Assembly: GCA_964016885.1 (NCBI GenBank)
Contig: OZ024743.1
Location: 93,682,001-93,746,000 of the forward strand
Direction of reading: 5' to 3'
DNA: 64,000 nt
Origin: Eledone cirrhosa
Lineage: Eukaryota
Numbering within the stretch: the first letter of the stretch is position 1; every line of letters begins with the position of its first letter. The notes under the pieces were generated by a model. It saw only the letters and a list, made by a program, of their open reading frames with translations. It ran no database searches and was not told where the DNA came from. Of the stretch, positions 37,346 to 53,421 are shown piece after piece. Both the position numbers and the translations under genes were made by a program.

Positions 37346-37684
37346 GAATATTGTAAATAGATGGTAAATAGATCGAGGGACCTTCCCTCACGTCTATGTC
37401 AACAAGATAACCCAACGAGGATACTATCACTTACCACACTGGCAACTAACGACCTTCAATCATCTACCCTGTTAAAGTGGCGACTACTCTATAACCAATA
37501 ACTGCTAAAGATGCTTGGCTTTTTAACCAAGTGTTAGATAAGGCAAACTTAATACAAATACTCTACGCTACCCTCTTTGACTTATATATGCCATCAATTT
37601 ATTTTTTTCTCTCGTTTGTTTTATATATATATGCCCCAGCATGGCCTCAGCTTGTTAATTGGAACACGTAGAAGATATATATAT

Positions 37685-37957
37685 ACTAGACCTGAAAAAT
37701 GCGCAAGCTCAAAAGAGCCACAGAATGTTATAATAAACCTTCAAAAGTGTGGGACTAGAGTTGTTAAAAAATATGGTAATCATTATCTATCGTACACTCT
37801 AGATGTGTTTATTGTGATATTTTTATAAAGGATGCCACAGTACATACGATAGATAATGATTACAATATTTTTGAGCAACAACTCTAGTCCCACGCTTTTG
37901 AAGATTTGTTATAACATTCTGTGGCTCTTTTGAGCTTGAGTATTTTTAAGGTCTAGT
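37685..37957. mobile_element. MITE-like element with ~110-bp imperfect TIRs
   Basis: ACTAGACC..CAAGCTCAAAAGAGCCACAGAATGTTATAA is mirrored by TTATAACATTCTGTGGCTCTTTTGAGCTTG..GGTCTAGT. Confidence 0.75.
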
Positions 37958-38269
37958 TTAATATTTTTTTAAGGCAACGCTTGTAATAACTCTAGTTAAA
38001 CATGATATATATTAATCATAAATTACCGTTGTAATGTAATTAGATTATATAATTGTTATTTTATAAATGATCTTATAAATATTATTGTAAGATGTATAAA
38101 AATATTTTCATACTTTTAATATAAACAACTACAAAAAACAATCAATTATATTTTACATAATAATTGTTATAGTTGAATTAATAAAAATTAAATATTACAT
38201 ACAAATAGTCTAACATAATAATAAAAAAATAATCTAACATAATAATAATAATATAATCTAACATAAAAC

Positions 38270-39806
38270 GAACAATAATGATTTCTTTATTAACCACAAG
38301 GGTTTACATAAAGTAGACATTAAGGACAGTGCAGGACGGTACAAATGGGCATTTCTGCGTGTAAAAAACAAAAACAGAGGATGTAACAAAAAAATAACAA
38401 TGAAAAATTCCCCAATAGGGGGGAGACTTCGGAGGGACATTTGTGGAGAAAGCCCAGTAAAAGGCCACAGTGACCCTGACCACCAAGGCAAGTGCCCTCT
38501 CCCAGTTTTCCACCTTTAATTTACAGATATATACTCAGAGTAGGCTCATTCACTCGGGCCATTCTTGCTTCTCTCACCCATCTTTCAACAAAATGCTGGG
38601 AAGAGAGCACTTCCCTCTCTACTCTGATTTTCCTTTTCAAATGAAATTTGAAAAAGTCAATCAGAGCATCACCGAAGAGGTAAGTGCTCGTCTTCAGCCC
38701 TTTCAAACGTGTCCACCATACTATCTCTTTCGCCATGGCCACCAGACAGATAAAAACTGCCTGCCCTTCCCGGCTAAAGGAGGAGGGCGGGGCAATCCTC
38801 ACGATGGACTCAGATGACAGCCGGATCCGTCCTACACGCGACAGCAGGTGTTCGACATAAACCCACAAGTCAGCAATTTTCGGACACTGGACGAGTGCGT
38901 GCAGGACGGTTTCGTCGCCCTGCGCGCATCTCGGACATGCCCAGCTGACGGCACCTCCATGCCTGTAGAGTTTATCCCGAACTGGCAAGGCTCCTCGGTA
39001 GCACTGCCAGGCCAGAGATTATTGGAAGTTGTCCATAGGCCCTGGCCCGAAAGTTCTTCCGAAGAGATTGGTTAGTTGATTTTCGTCGACGCCTAGAGTT
39101 TCTCCAAGTACGTCGTCGCTCTTCCCCTCCACTAATCCTCTATAGAACGCCGAGGTGGAGTTTCCACCGATCACATTGCCCGATTGGTCGAGGGCTGTGA
39201 GCGCCTGAAGACATTCCAGTCTCCAGGCGCTCCCTCTCGGTCTTCGCTTGACCCAGGACTGCAGCTCCGTCAAGGAAACGAGCTGGGGAAATACGTGTCT
39301 AGCAAACGGCGACCACACCTGATCACCGTCGAGGAAGAGGTGGAGATGTCGTAGCCTGAGCGCGTGCCTGCGCATCATCAGCCACAGCATGCCCAGCCCT
39401 CCACGTAGCGGGTGTTGACAACGGATGGACCGCCTGACCATCGGAGCGCGTCCCTTCCACAAAAAGCGAAAGAGCAAACGCTCCAGCGCAGTCAGGCGAG
39501 GCTTAGGACAAGGTACGACGGTCAGGCGGTAGCAGATGACAGACGCGATGTACGCGTTAGCTACCTCTGCTCGACCTTTCAGGGATAGCTTCCTCTCCGC
39601 CCATTTCTGGGTGAGAGAAGCCACCCTGCTCGTTACCTCGTCCCAGTTTTTGTCCGTCTGGAGGTCCGGACCGAACCAGACCCCTAGCAATTTAACCGGT
39701 CCAGCGTCCGACGACGCTGTTGGACGGCATGGACCTCCTCTCCAGGTGCCGAGCTGCAGGCCCACTGACTTTTCCTGGTTGATCATTGCTCCTGTCACCG
39801 CTTCCA
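38270..39806 (-). mobile_element. Tx1-clade LINE, 5'-truncated, one stop and one frameshift
   Basis: ORFs 39019-39807 and 38521-38988 are homologous to the C-terminal part of ORF2 at 53422 (LLGVWFGPDL, CPRC..ETVLHALVQC). Confidence 0.9.
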
Positions 39807-40358
39807 TAAAACGAACAATAATATGGACAAATATACAAGTAAATATGATACAACCAATATTATAAGCATGTTATAACGAACTGAAAAAAAAATAGTTAAT
39901 ATAAATTTAAAAAATCATATATAAATTAACAATATATCTTACCAAAACAAGAAAAATATTTTGATGATAAACGACGAAATACAGGACGAAGATTCGAAAG
40001 CGAAACGGTAAATAAACGTGCAAACAAAATGGCGAATGCTTTTGATCAACAATTATTCTCGCTGATTGATTAGCCAATAAGACGATACATTACAAAACAT
40101 GTTTGGCGATCACCACGGCCAGCGACACCCCTTGAATTTTTTATTCACAAGCTACGCATGTATGACAGACACGCAGACTTAAAACATTCTGTTGTTAGCC
40201 ACTGCGTGTCTAACAGATAACAAAGAGGGTGTGGTAAGATACCAGGTGGGCCATAACGCACCAGAGTACTCAATACTTAAGGTAGTAGAGTGGGTAATAG
40301 GAAACGAGTCAGCTCGATCTAGCAGTCAAAAAGGCCGGTGGCATATCAAAATTGGAAT

Positions 40359-40448
40359 TTCATCTGAGGATACTATTCTCATAACAACAACAAATGCATG
40401 AATTACATCTTGGTTGCATGGGAGAACCGTTGAAATAATTATAATGAA
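40359..40448 (+). ncRNA. Hammerhead ribozyme motif upstream of the Penelope ORF
   Basis: TTCAT-CTGAGGA-(long imperfect stem II TTCTC..CAAC/GTTG..GAGAA)-GAAA-TAATTA-TA-ATGAA. Confidence 0.6.
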
Positions 40449-40501
40449 TAAACGATTTATGTAACATTAGCATCTTTCTTAATGTTATTATATATATATA
40501 T

Positions 40502-44687
<4,186 letters not shown>

Positions 44688-44762
44688 CAAAGGAATTGTG
44701 GTAAGGAACCAAATGGACCATAACGCACCAGAGTACTCAATACTTAGGTAGTAGGGTGGGAA

Positions 44763-44880
44763 ATAGGAACAAGTATGACCCCGACGGCAGAGCTCAAGCC
44801 GTTTCGACGGCTATTTCTGGACTAGAAATAGCCGTCGAAACAGCTTGAGCTCTGCCGTCGGGGTCATACTTTTTTCCTAT
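44763..44880. repeat. Fold-back inverted repeat (~55-bp arms)
   Basis: AAGTATGACCCCGACGGCAGAGCTCAAGCCGTTTCGACGGCTATTTCT gga ctAGAAATAGCCGTCGAAACAGCTTGAGCTCTGCCGTCGGGGTCATACTT. Confidence 0.95.
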
Positions 44881-44928
44881 ATATATATATATATATAGAA
44901 GTAGTAATACAACAGTTAGTTCACCATA

Positions 44929-44969
44929 CCGAGAACAATTGTTTCACCTTTTTCGGATCTTCAGCTGGG
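44929..44969 (-). ncRNA. Minimal hammerhead motif in a ~90-bp insert between (TA)n tracts
   Basis: CCCAG-CTGAAGA-tCCgaaaaaGGt-GAAA-CAATTG-TT-CTCGG. Palindromic stem III ACAATTGT, weak stems I and II. Confidence 0.5.
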
Positions 44970-45035
44970 ACTGGTAATGGTTATATATATCTATGGTTAT
45001 ATATATATATATATATATAAGAAATACGTAAATAA

Positions 45036-45227
45036 ATAATTGTTTCTACTTTTGGCACAAGGCCAGCAATTACCCAGTGCATTACTGGTACTTTATTTTA
45101 TCGACCTCGTAAGGATGAAAGGCAAAGTTAACCTCAGCGGGATTTGAATTCAGAATGGCAAGGGCCGTAACTCTATGCATCAAAGCATGGCGTCCGACCC
45201 TCTACCGATACTGTCAGTCCACTGCCA
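45036..45227 (-). mobile_element. SINE family A
   Basis: Matches the other copies on the minus strand. Confidence 0.85.
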
Positions 45228-45699
45228 TACATAAATAAATAATACCTATATATTCACCTTTATATAACCTATGAATGTGTGAGATATTTATTTCATCAAC
45301 GTTAGATTTAATATACACATCTTAGATACTGAATTATGTGAGTTCTATTTGTTTTAGTATAACATTAGATCTTATGTGACTTAGTGAGAGATTAATTCTA
45401 GAGTAGAAACTGGTTCAATCAAGTTAAGAAAATTGTGTCAATTCAACATGAGTATCTTGTTAAAAGGTTATATGTACTAAGAATTTGTGAACCTACGGTT
45501 GTAGCAATGGGATAGGAAGATTCCTGGAATGTTAGAAGTATACATGTACCAAATTCATTCAAAAAGAATTTGTCAACCAAGGGCTATAGCAATGGGAAAA
45601 GGATATAAATTAACATGGTTGCCAAGTGAACTCTTTAATCACACAGACATTTCAGATAAAAAACATAGGTACAAGCTTTTCTGAGTCAGCAGCAGTGGG

Positions 45700-47085
45700 T
45701 GTGTTGGGTAATGTATACATGTTGTTAGCTGCAGAGAAGGTAATTGAAGTAGTAGGTATTATAATCAATCACGAAGTAGAGAATGGTGTCATACCTGATG
45801 ACTGGCACTGTAGTATCCTTATAAACTGCTATAATGGCAAATTAGATATACTAGAAAGAGATAACTACAAAGGCATTAAATTGATAAACCAGATCATGAA
45901 AGTTACTGAAAGGATTACAGCAGAACTAATAAGAGACAGAATCAAGCTATATGAAATGCAGTTCAGCTTTATGCCAGATAGAGGTACAACCAATGTTCTC
46001 TTCCTTGTGAGACAACGGTAAGAGAAGTACTTGGATAAAAGTAAACCTGCCTACCTGACATTTGTGGATCTGGAAAAGGCCTTTGACAGGATCCCACACC
46101 CTGTGGGTGCTAAGGATAGTAGGTGTAGATAATAGCTTGTGAGGTCCATGCAAGCCATATATACAGGTACAGGCAGTCAGGTGAGATTTGGCAATTAGTA
46201 CAGTGATGAATTTGAAGTGCTCAGTAGCTCATTCGACTTCTGTTCATCCTTGTTCTTCATGCTATAACTTAGAAGTTTGAAATTGGCACACTGTGGGGAT
46301 GATCCTGTGGAAGAGTTAGAAACAAAATTCCAAACATGGAAAACAAATCTAAATTCGAAAGGCCTAATAATATACTTAGCAAAGACTAAAATTTTAGTAA
46401 GTTGGAAAGTGGACAAGAAGCTGACACTGTCAGAGAAGTGGTCATGTTTGATATGTCAAAAACAAGTAAGCAGAATTTTCATATGAGGCACACAATGTAA
46501 TCTATGGACACACAAGAGATGTAGTAGGAGTACAGATAGGTTAATGGAAAAGATAGACTTTATATGTAGCAGATACACAGAAGAAATGACTAAGAGCACA
46601 CATGAAATAGCTGCAAGGGAGGCAGTTAACAAATTGATCTCATCAGCAACGGGGAGAGGAATATTGTGAAAGTATAGTAGCCAGGGTAAGAACAGTTTAG
46701 GGAGTTAATAGCTTTGCTGAAAACAAAGGGTTTCCCTTTCAGAATGAAGAGTAGACTGTACTCTTAAATACTTGCATGTTAGCTGCAATGCTGCATGGCA
46801 ATGAGACATGGGTCTTAGCTGCAGAAGACCTGCAAAGGTTAAAAAGAAATAAAGCAAGTATGCTCACATAAATGAGTTGAGAGAAAAAAAGTTGACATAA
46901 AAGAAATCAAATGTAGTATGCAAGAGAGAAAACAGTATTGGTATGGACATATGATGCATATGGAAGATGGTTGCTGTATAAAGCAGTGCTGAGAAATCTC
47001 AGTGAATGGGACTTTTGTAAGAAGTAGACTTAGGGAGACATGGGATAAACTAGTGAAGACTGACTTTAGGAAGTTGAACCTCACA
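45700..47085 (+). mobile_element. Degenerate RTE LINE (RT to 3' end)
   Basis: IPDDWHCSILINCY, QFSFMPDRGTT and VDLEKAFDRI. Same family as the RT at 1-1130. Confidence 0.85.
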
Positions 47086-47829
47086 ACGAATTGGTGAACC
47101 TAGGGTTGTAGCAATGGGAATAGGAAGTTTCCAGGAATGTTAGAAGTATACATGTACCAAATTCACTCAGAAAGAATTTGTCAACCCAGGGTTATAGCAA
47201 TGGGAATAGGACATAAGTTGACATGGTTGCCAAGTAAACTATTTAGCCACACAGGCATCACAGACAAGAAACATATGAGGATTGGTGGCTTGTGATACTG
47301 GAAAAACTGGCCTACATGTATAAATTATGTGACCTGACCCATTCATACCCCACAGTATTACTCCTTCATAGCATACCATACACACCTATGTCCACTCTAT
47401 CCAAGTTCACTCCAACCCATTTAAATACTAACAACCCGCCACTTTATCCAAGATCACACAACCATAACTCCTTAACCCACCCTCTTAAATCTGAATGCAT
47501 AAGTCCTTAGTAGTTGTTATTATAATCACTCTACAGTACCTCTACATTATCAGCGATTATTCTGTCAAATCCCACCATATTTATCCTATATACCCAGGCC
47601 ATACACCCATGACATCATGTTTTTGCCTTCTTCCCACCTTCTTCCCCCTATGATGTACAGAGGACTCTTCAGTGAAGTCGATGACAACCTTCCTGGCGCC
47701 ACAATAAAATATACCTAATACACTCTGTAAAATAGTTGGTATTAGAAAGAGCATCCAGCTATGTCAAAAAAAAGATTGAGAGGACTCTTCTGTCATGTTA
47801 ACAACATAACAGCCTTCCATGTATTGGTT

Positions 47830-48589
47830 CCACATTAAAATGTACCCATCCTCTGCATTTATTGTCCATCCTACTGCCATACATCATCACACTTTGCACA
47901 CATGCATCATACAGCCCATCTTTCTTTCATAGAGAGAAACCTTTTATTGTCAATATAGGAAGTAGCTCCCTGTTCTTATCTTAGCTACTATGCTTTCAGT
48001 ACAATCTCCTCCATAGTTAATGAGATCACCTAGGTAGCAGAAGCTATCAACTACTTCTATGGAATCTTTCTGAGATTGGAAAAAGCTTATTTCACTGACG
48101 CTCCTACTACCAACTATCCCTGTACATCTACCACATACAAAGTATTCCTTTTCTCTTAGTCTGCCTGCTATCCCACTACACCTTATGTACACAACATTTA
48201 CATTGTACATTTTGTATAGATTTTTTAACTACCCATTTTCTACATATCAAGCAAGGCCCACTTCCTTGATGTGATCAAGGGCTTGTCTTTCTTCCTACTT
48301 AAGAAAAACTTTCGTTTTTCTAAACCCATATATTTCCACAGCCAGAATTGCACGTCTAGCTTCTCCATAAATTCAGCTGTCATTAGCATACATAAGTTCC
48401 TAAGTACAGTTAGTCATAAACTCCTCTGTTGTGGCCTGCAGAACTGTAATAAACATAAGTGGGCTGACGACTGAGCCTGGATGAACACTTGTGCTTTGAA
48501 TTCTTAAGTAAATTTATTACTTACTCTCCCCATATTGACACCTCTTTTGTACAGAGCTTGCACTGCTCTTACAAGCCATTCTTCTACAG
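47830..48589 (-). mobile_element. Degenerate RTE LINE fragment interrupted by hAT
   Basis: VEEWLVRAVQALY, RCSGIAGRL..FVCGRC and VDSFCYLGD motifs. Confidence 0.8.
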
Positions 48590-49217
48590 TAAAGGTTCTC
48601 AACGGGGGACGTTTCGTAGCCCCATGGGGCGTTATGCAGTAAGGGGGCGTTAGGGGGGCGTTATGCAATAAGGGGGCGTTTGAAACTTTGCGGGCGCTAG
48701 AAGCTCCTTTATTTTGGTAAGTTTTATAAGTCATATTGGTACGTCTCTTAGACAGTCAGTGATTTGAATGAAGAAAACAAAGAAAATAAATTAAAGAAGC
48801 TTGTCAACGAATTCCCTAGGGAGATAAAAGAAAATCAAAAGAAATCAAAGAGACTGAAAGTAAGGACTACTTCAACAGAAATGACAAGAAGAAGCAATGG
48901 TGGTGAACATACACACACATACATACATACATACACACACACATATATACACATACATACACACACACACACATATATACACACACAGGCCGATGTTAGT
49001 GTTTGATGAAGTTGAGAACCTGGTCAGCTTTCAGCCAGAGGTGTGGTATTTAAACTCCCTAGGTAATAAAATCTGGCGACAAAAATTTTCTCCTTACCAA
49101 AAAAAGAAGACATAGATCATATCAACATCCTTACAAACTTTAATATAAATGCATGTATATATACAAATGTATAAATGCATAGCTATATACATACGTAAAT
49201 GTATGTATATATGTATG

Positions 49218-50535
49218 TTAAAGGACTTGAACATCTGAAACTACTTCGCTTTTACTTATTCGATATTTACTCCGTCACTCCTATGTGGAAAAAGTACGTT
49301 GAGTGCTTGAATTGAATTGCATCAATATTTACCCTAAGAATTTAGCTCCAATTAGTTGAGCGCTCTATGATGTAACCGATATGGTGGAGAAGGGAGGAAC
49401 CAACCATGAGCTACCCCTGGAAATTCCCTCTACCATGGGGATGGAAACCCCTGACACTGGACGGACATAATAGTAACTTCCGGCAGGATAAATACGCGGA
49501 AACAAAAACTAAGATAAACCCATATTTTCCTGCACCAAATCGCTTTTGAACAGAAGCCCCCTCAATTCAATCTATACATTGACAAATTGACAATCATATG
49601 GATCATTTTGCATATATGTACTCTGTGTTTTTGCATTTATTCATTATTGGTTCTTTTCTTTTGTGTACTTTATATCTGTTTTTCTTTGGTTTTGTTCCAT
49701 GTGATGGAAATTATGACTGTGTACCAGATTGACTACTGCCTTTAATACTGTATTTTACCCTCCGTTCTAATGTACAGCACTGTCGTTCAATATGTGGATA
49801 GTGTAACTGTGACATTGGAACCCCTCTCAGAACTTCTTACTTAAACATCTCTCTCCATATTATTTACTCACTTCAATCTATATGTTTTTTTACTCACCTC
49901 AATCCGGATTCTCATTTGAAAAATGTTTAATTGTTTAATTTATAATTTCTGATTTAGGATTTTAATTTTTATTTCCAACTCTCACTCATAACTTCCAATG
50001 TAAAACCATGATACCTAGAATTAAGTATATTTTCTCTTGGGAGTTGGTGGTCAGTCGTACTGTCCATGCTTGGTGAGAGGTAGTATTGTGACCTGTAAAA
50101 ACTAACACTCTCCCATCCCCTCTGGCTTTCGGCTGACTGCCACAGACGGGACGGGTAGCAGTAAAATATGGTACAGGCCTAAATGGGTCATTGTTTGGCT
50201 GAGAGGGTGAACTGACTAAGCGAATTTCGTTGAAATCTGCGGTAGCTAATGGTCAACTTCCTTCGGACATGCGCCTGCGCAGACCGGTGGGGGTGAATTG
50301 GTACTCACAGGGGAACGGATGAAGAGCCCAAAAGCACACACTTCGTCCGTTCCCATGTCGAGTCAACTTGGATTGCCTCGGAAACATAACCTTATTATGT
50401 AACAAGCTGCCTGATGATGTCACGACACTCGCACACAGAACAGTGTGGCCAGTGTCGTCGTTGAAATATATATCACAGCATTATTATTAAAGGACTTGAA
50501 CATCTGAAACTACTTCGCTTTTACTTATTCGATAT
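49218..50535 (+). mobile_element. ORF-less, terminally redundant, hammerhead-bearing unit (retrozyme-like or Penelope solo pLTR)
   Basis: Perfect 49-bp direct repeat at 49218-49266 and 50487-50535. A hammerhead lies just upstream of the second repeat. Microsatellite flanks. Confidence 0.7.
50406..50479 (+). ncRNA. Hammerhead ribozyme motif
   Basis: GCTGc-CTGATGA-tgtc ACGACACT..CACAC..GTGTG..AGTGTCGT cgtt-GAAA-TATATA-TC-aCAGC. One mismatch at the base of stem I. Confidence 0.65.
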
Positions 50536-50547
50536 GTATGTATGTAG

Positions 50548-50623
<76 letters not shown>

Positions 50624-50624
50624 C

Positions 50625-50662
<38 letters not shown>

Positions 50663-50706
50663 TACATGCATACATACATATATATAAACATACATACATA
50701 CATACA

Positions 50707-50738
<32 letters not shown>

Positions 50739-50741
50739 AAT

Positions 50742-51705
50742 ACTAGCATTAAAGCCCGGTGTTGCTCGGGGTCATTAAGTTACCAACGTTAGGATGCACC
50801 ACCCATTTTATGGCAGCACTTTTTTGTCTGCCAGGCACTGGGTGAATAAATTACAGACCTGGACTGCCGAAGCAGGAGCTGCGCCAGCAGTGACAATTGT
50901 AGTTTCTCTGTACAGAGAAGTGTTGAAATTTATTGTTTCACAGTACTTGCGCAACACGCGCGTAGACGATGCCAGCCGAAGAACAGAGCTGCGATGGAGT
51001 TGTTCTGCATGGTTGTCTGTGTGTTTTCTAAATTTAAGACAGTAGGGAGTGGTGTGATATGGGGGAGAGTTAGCTGCTGTTTCTAGCAGGTTTAGTGACC
51101 TCATAGAGGATATATTTTCTAAATTTAAGACAGTAGGGAGTGGTGTGATATGGGGGAGAGTTAGCTGCTGTTTCTAGCAGGTTTAGTGACCTCATAGAGG
51201 ATATTATTGTGTAGTAAATGAACTGATACTTCTTTCTTCCACGTTCGTTGATAGATGTTTTAAAAAAGATTTATCGCTATTTTTTTTGTTGTTGAATAAA
51301 TTTATCTGTTGCTTTTGAATAATTGTTGTTTCGTATGAAATGTAATAAGTTCTCTTTGTCATTGAAGTAAATAAATGTTTGACTGTTCCACACTCAAAAA
51401 CAAACGTTCCCTCTCTCTCCCTCTCACTCTCTCTCTCTCTCTCTCTCTCTTAAAGTTTAAAGGGAGTAGAGAGAGGTAATATGATTGTATTAGAGGGGTA
51501 AAGCGTCATGTATTTAGTTTTATCGATTATTTCCATAATTGTGGGTAAGTGTGAATGAAATAAATAGCTGTTGACCTAAGTTAGACCATTTACAACATTC
51601 TTACAGAGATTGAGTCGAATCGGTTTGAAATTGTGCAAATGTATAAACAAGGAACATGCACACACACACAACAACAACAACAATCTGCCTTTTATAGATA
51701 ATGAT
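50742..51705 (+). mobile_element. Helentron/HINE-like element, second copy
   Basis: Same 5' end as 6750, two tandem ~85-bp units, and a 3' end (CA)n(CAA)n TCTGCCTTTTATAGATAATGAT. Confidence 0.6.
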
Positions 51706-51943
51706 ATATAAATATTTATACATACATATATATAAATATACATACATATATATAAATATACATACATAGATATATATAAATATACATACATATATATAAA
51801 TATACATACATACATATATATAAATATGCATACATACATATATATAAATATACATACATACATATAAATATACATACATACATACATATATATATATAAA
51901 TCTACATACATACATATATTTATATATATATAGAGAGAGAGAG

Positions 51944-52038
51944 AGAGATTACAATAATCAAAGTTCAGTTTAAGTCATTTATTTGCTTACAATAAGCAAA
52001 TAAATGACTTAAACTGAACTTTGATTATTGTAATCTCT
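51944..52038. repeat. Fold-back inverted repeat (~46-bp arms, 3-nt loop)
   Basis: AGAGATTACAATAATCAAAGTTCAGTTTAAGTCATTTTATTTGCTTA caa TAAGCAAATAAATGACTTAAACTGAACTTTGATTATTGTAATCTCT. Confidence 0.93.
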
Positions 52039-52854
52039 ATATAACTGCTCTGTAAAACAACTGATGTTATTACATTGAGCTATTTATCTTACTGGTAATA
52101 GGATAGTAATTAATGACTATCTTTCACTATTTAGGGTTTGTATAAATAATATATTACCATTAAAGGTTTTATTACATACATAACCATAAATAGTATCCTT
52201 AATACTAATATTAATACTATATATATATATATACATATAAATCTACATACATACATACATACATAAATATATATATATAAATCTACATACATACATACAT
52301 ATATACATACATACATTTACATATGTCTATAGCTATGCATTTATACATTTGTATATATATACATACATTATATTTAAGTGTGTAAGGTTATATATATATA
52401 TATATATGTGTGTGTGTATAATAATATATATTATACACACATGCACGCACACACACACACACATATATATAGTTATATATATATATATATATGCAGTGTG
52501 ACAGGAAGCTTGTTTCCCAACCACATATTTCCGGGTTCAGTCCCACTGCCCGGGCCGACCAAAGCCCTGTGAGTGGATTTGATAGATCGAAACTAAAAGA
52601 AGGGCGTCGTATATATGTATATATGTCTGCGTTTGTGTTTGCCCTCCCACCAATGCTTGTTGGTTTGTTGACGTCCCCACAACTTACCAAGGTGATGCTC
52701 CAGCATGGGCGTAGTCCAGAGACAGAAAAAAAGTAAAATATGTGTGTGTGTAGAAGAGGGGTCTCAAACTCAAGGACACAAAAGGGCTATTACGTCCTGG
52801 AGGAGAGGCACAGTGGGCCAAACGTGGTGGTGGGTGAACATTTTTACCAGTTAT

Positions 52855-53070
52855 AATCATTTCTACTATAGGAACAAGGCATGAAATTTGGGGTTTAGGG
52901 TTCAGTCGATTGCATCGATCCTAGTACACAACTGGTACTTAATTCATTGACCCAAAAAGGATGAAAGGCAATGTTGAGATCGGAGGAATTTGAACTCAGA
53001 ACGTAAAACGGAAGAAGTACCGTTAAGCATTTCGCCAGATGTGCTAACGATTCCTCCAGCTCGCTGCCTT
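52855..53070 (-). mobile_element. Diverged SINE related to family A
   Basis: GGATGAAAGGCAA..GGAATTTGAACTCAGAAC and a TTCTACTATAGG..ACAAGGC tail. Confidence 0.7.
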
Positions 53071-53421
53071 ATTTTCACCAGTTATAATCCGATATGAAAT
53101 ATTGGTTCTACCACGGGCCACAGATAAGTAATTCGCAGGCCGCATGTGTGAGCCCCCTGTTGGATATAAATAGATAGATAGATAGATTTCTTTATTAGCC
53201 ACAAGGGCGCAACAAGAAAGGGGACAATACAAAGACATGCCGGGGATTTTACATACAGTCGTGTAAAAAAATATAAAAACAAACAATTTCAACAATCGAA
53301 ATCCCCAATAGGGGGGAGGCGCCACAAATGGGTTGTTTAATACCCCGTCGATAGAATAACCCTCAACTCAAGGAGCGTGTTGTGCAAGTGCTCCTTTCTT
53401 CCTTTTGCTCTCTTCCTCAAC

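Noticed and set aside
50212-50245. CTGACTA..stem..GAAA as a second hammerhead in the 1269-nt unit
   Set aside because: Core mismatch and no stem I pairing found.
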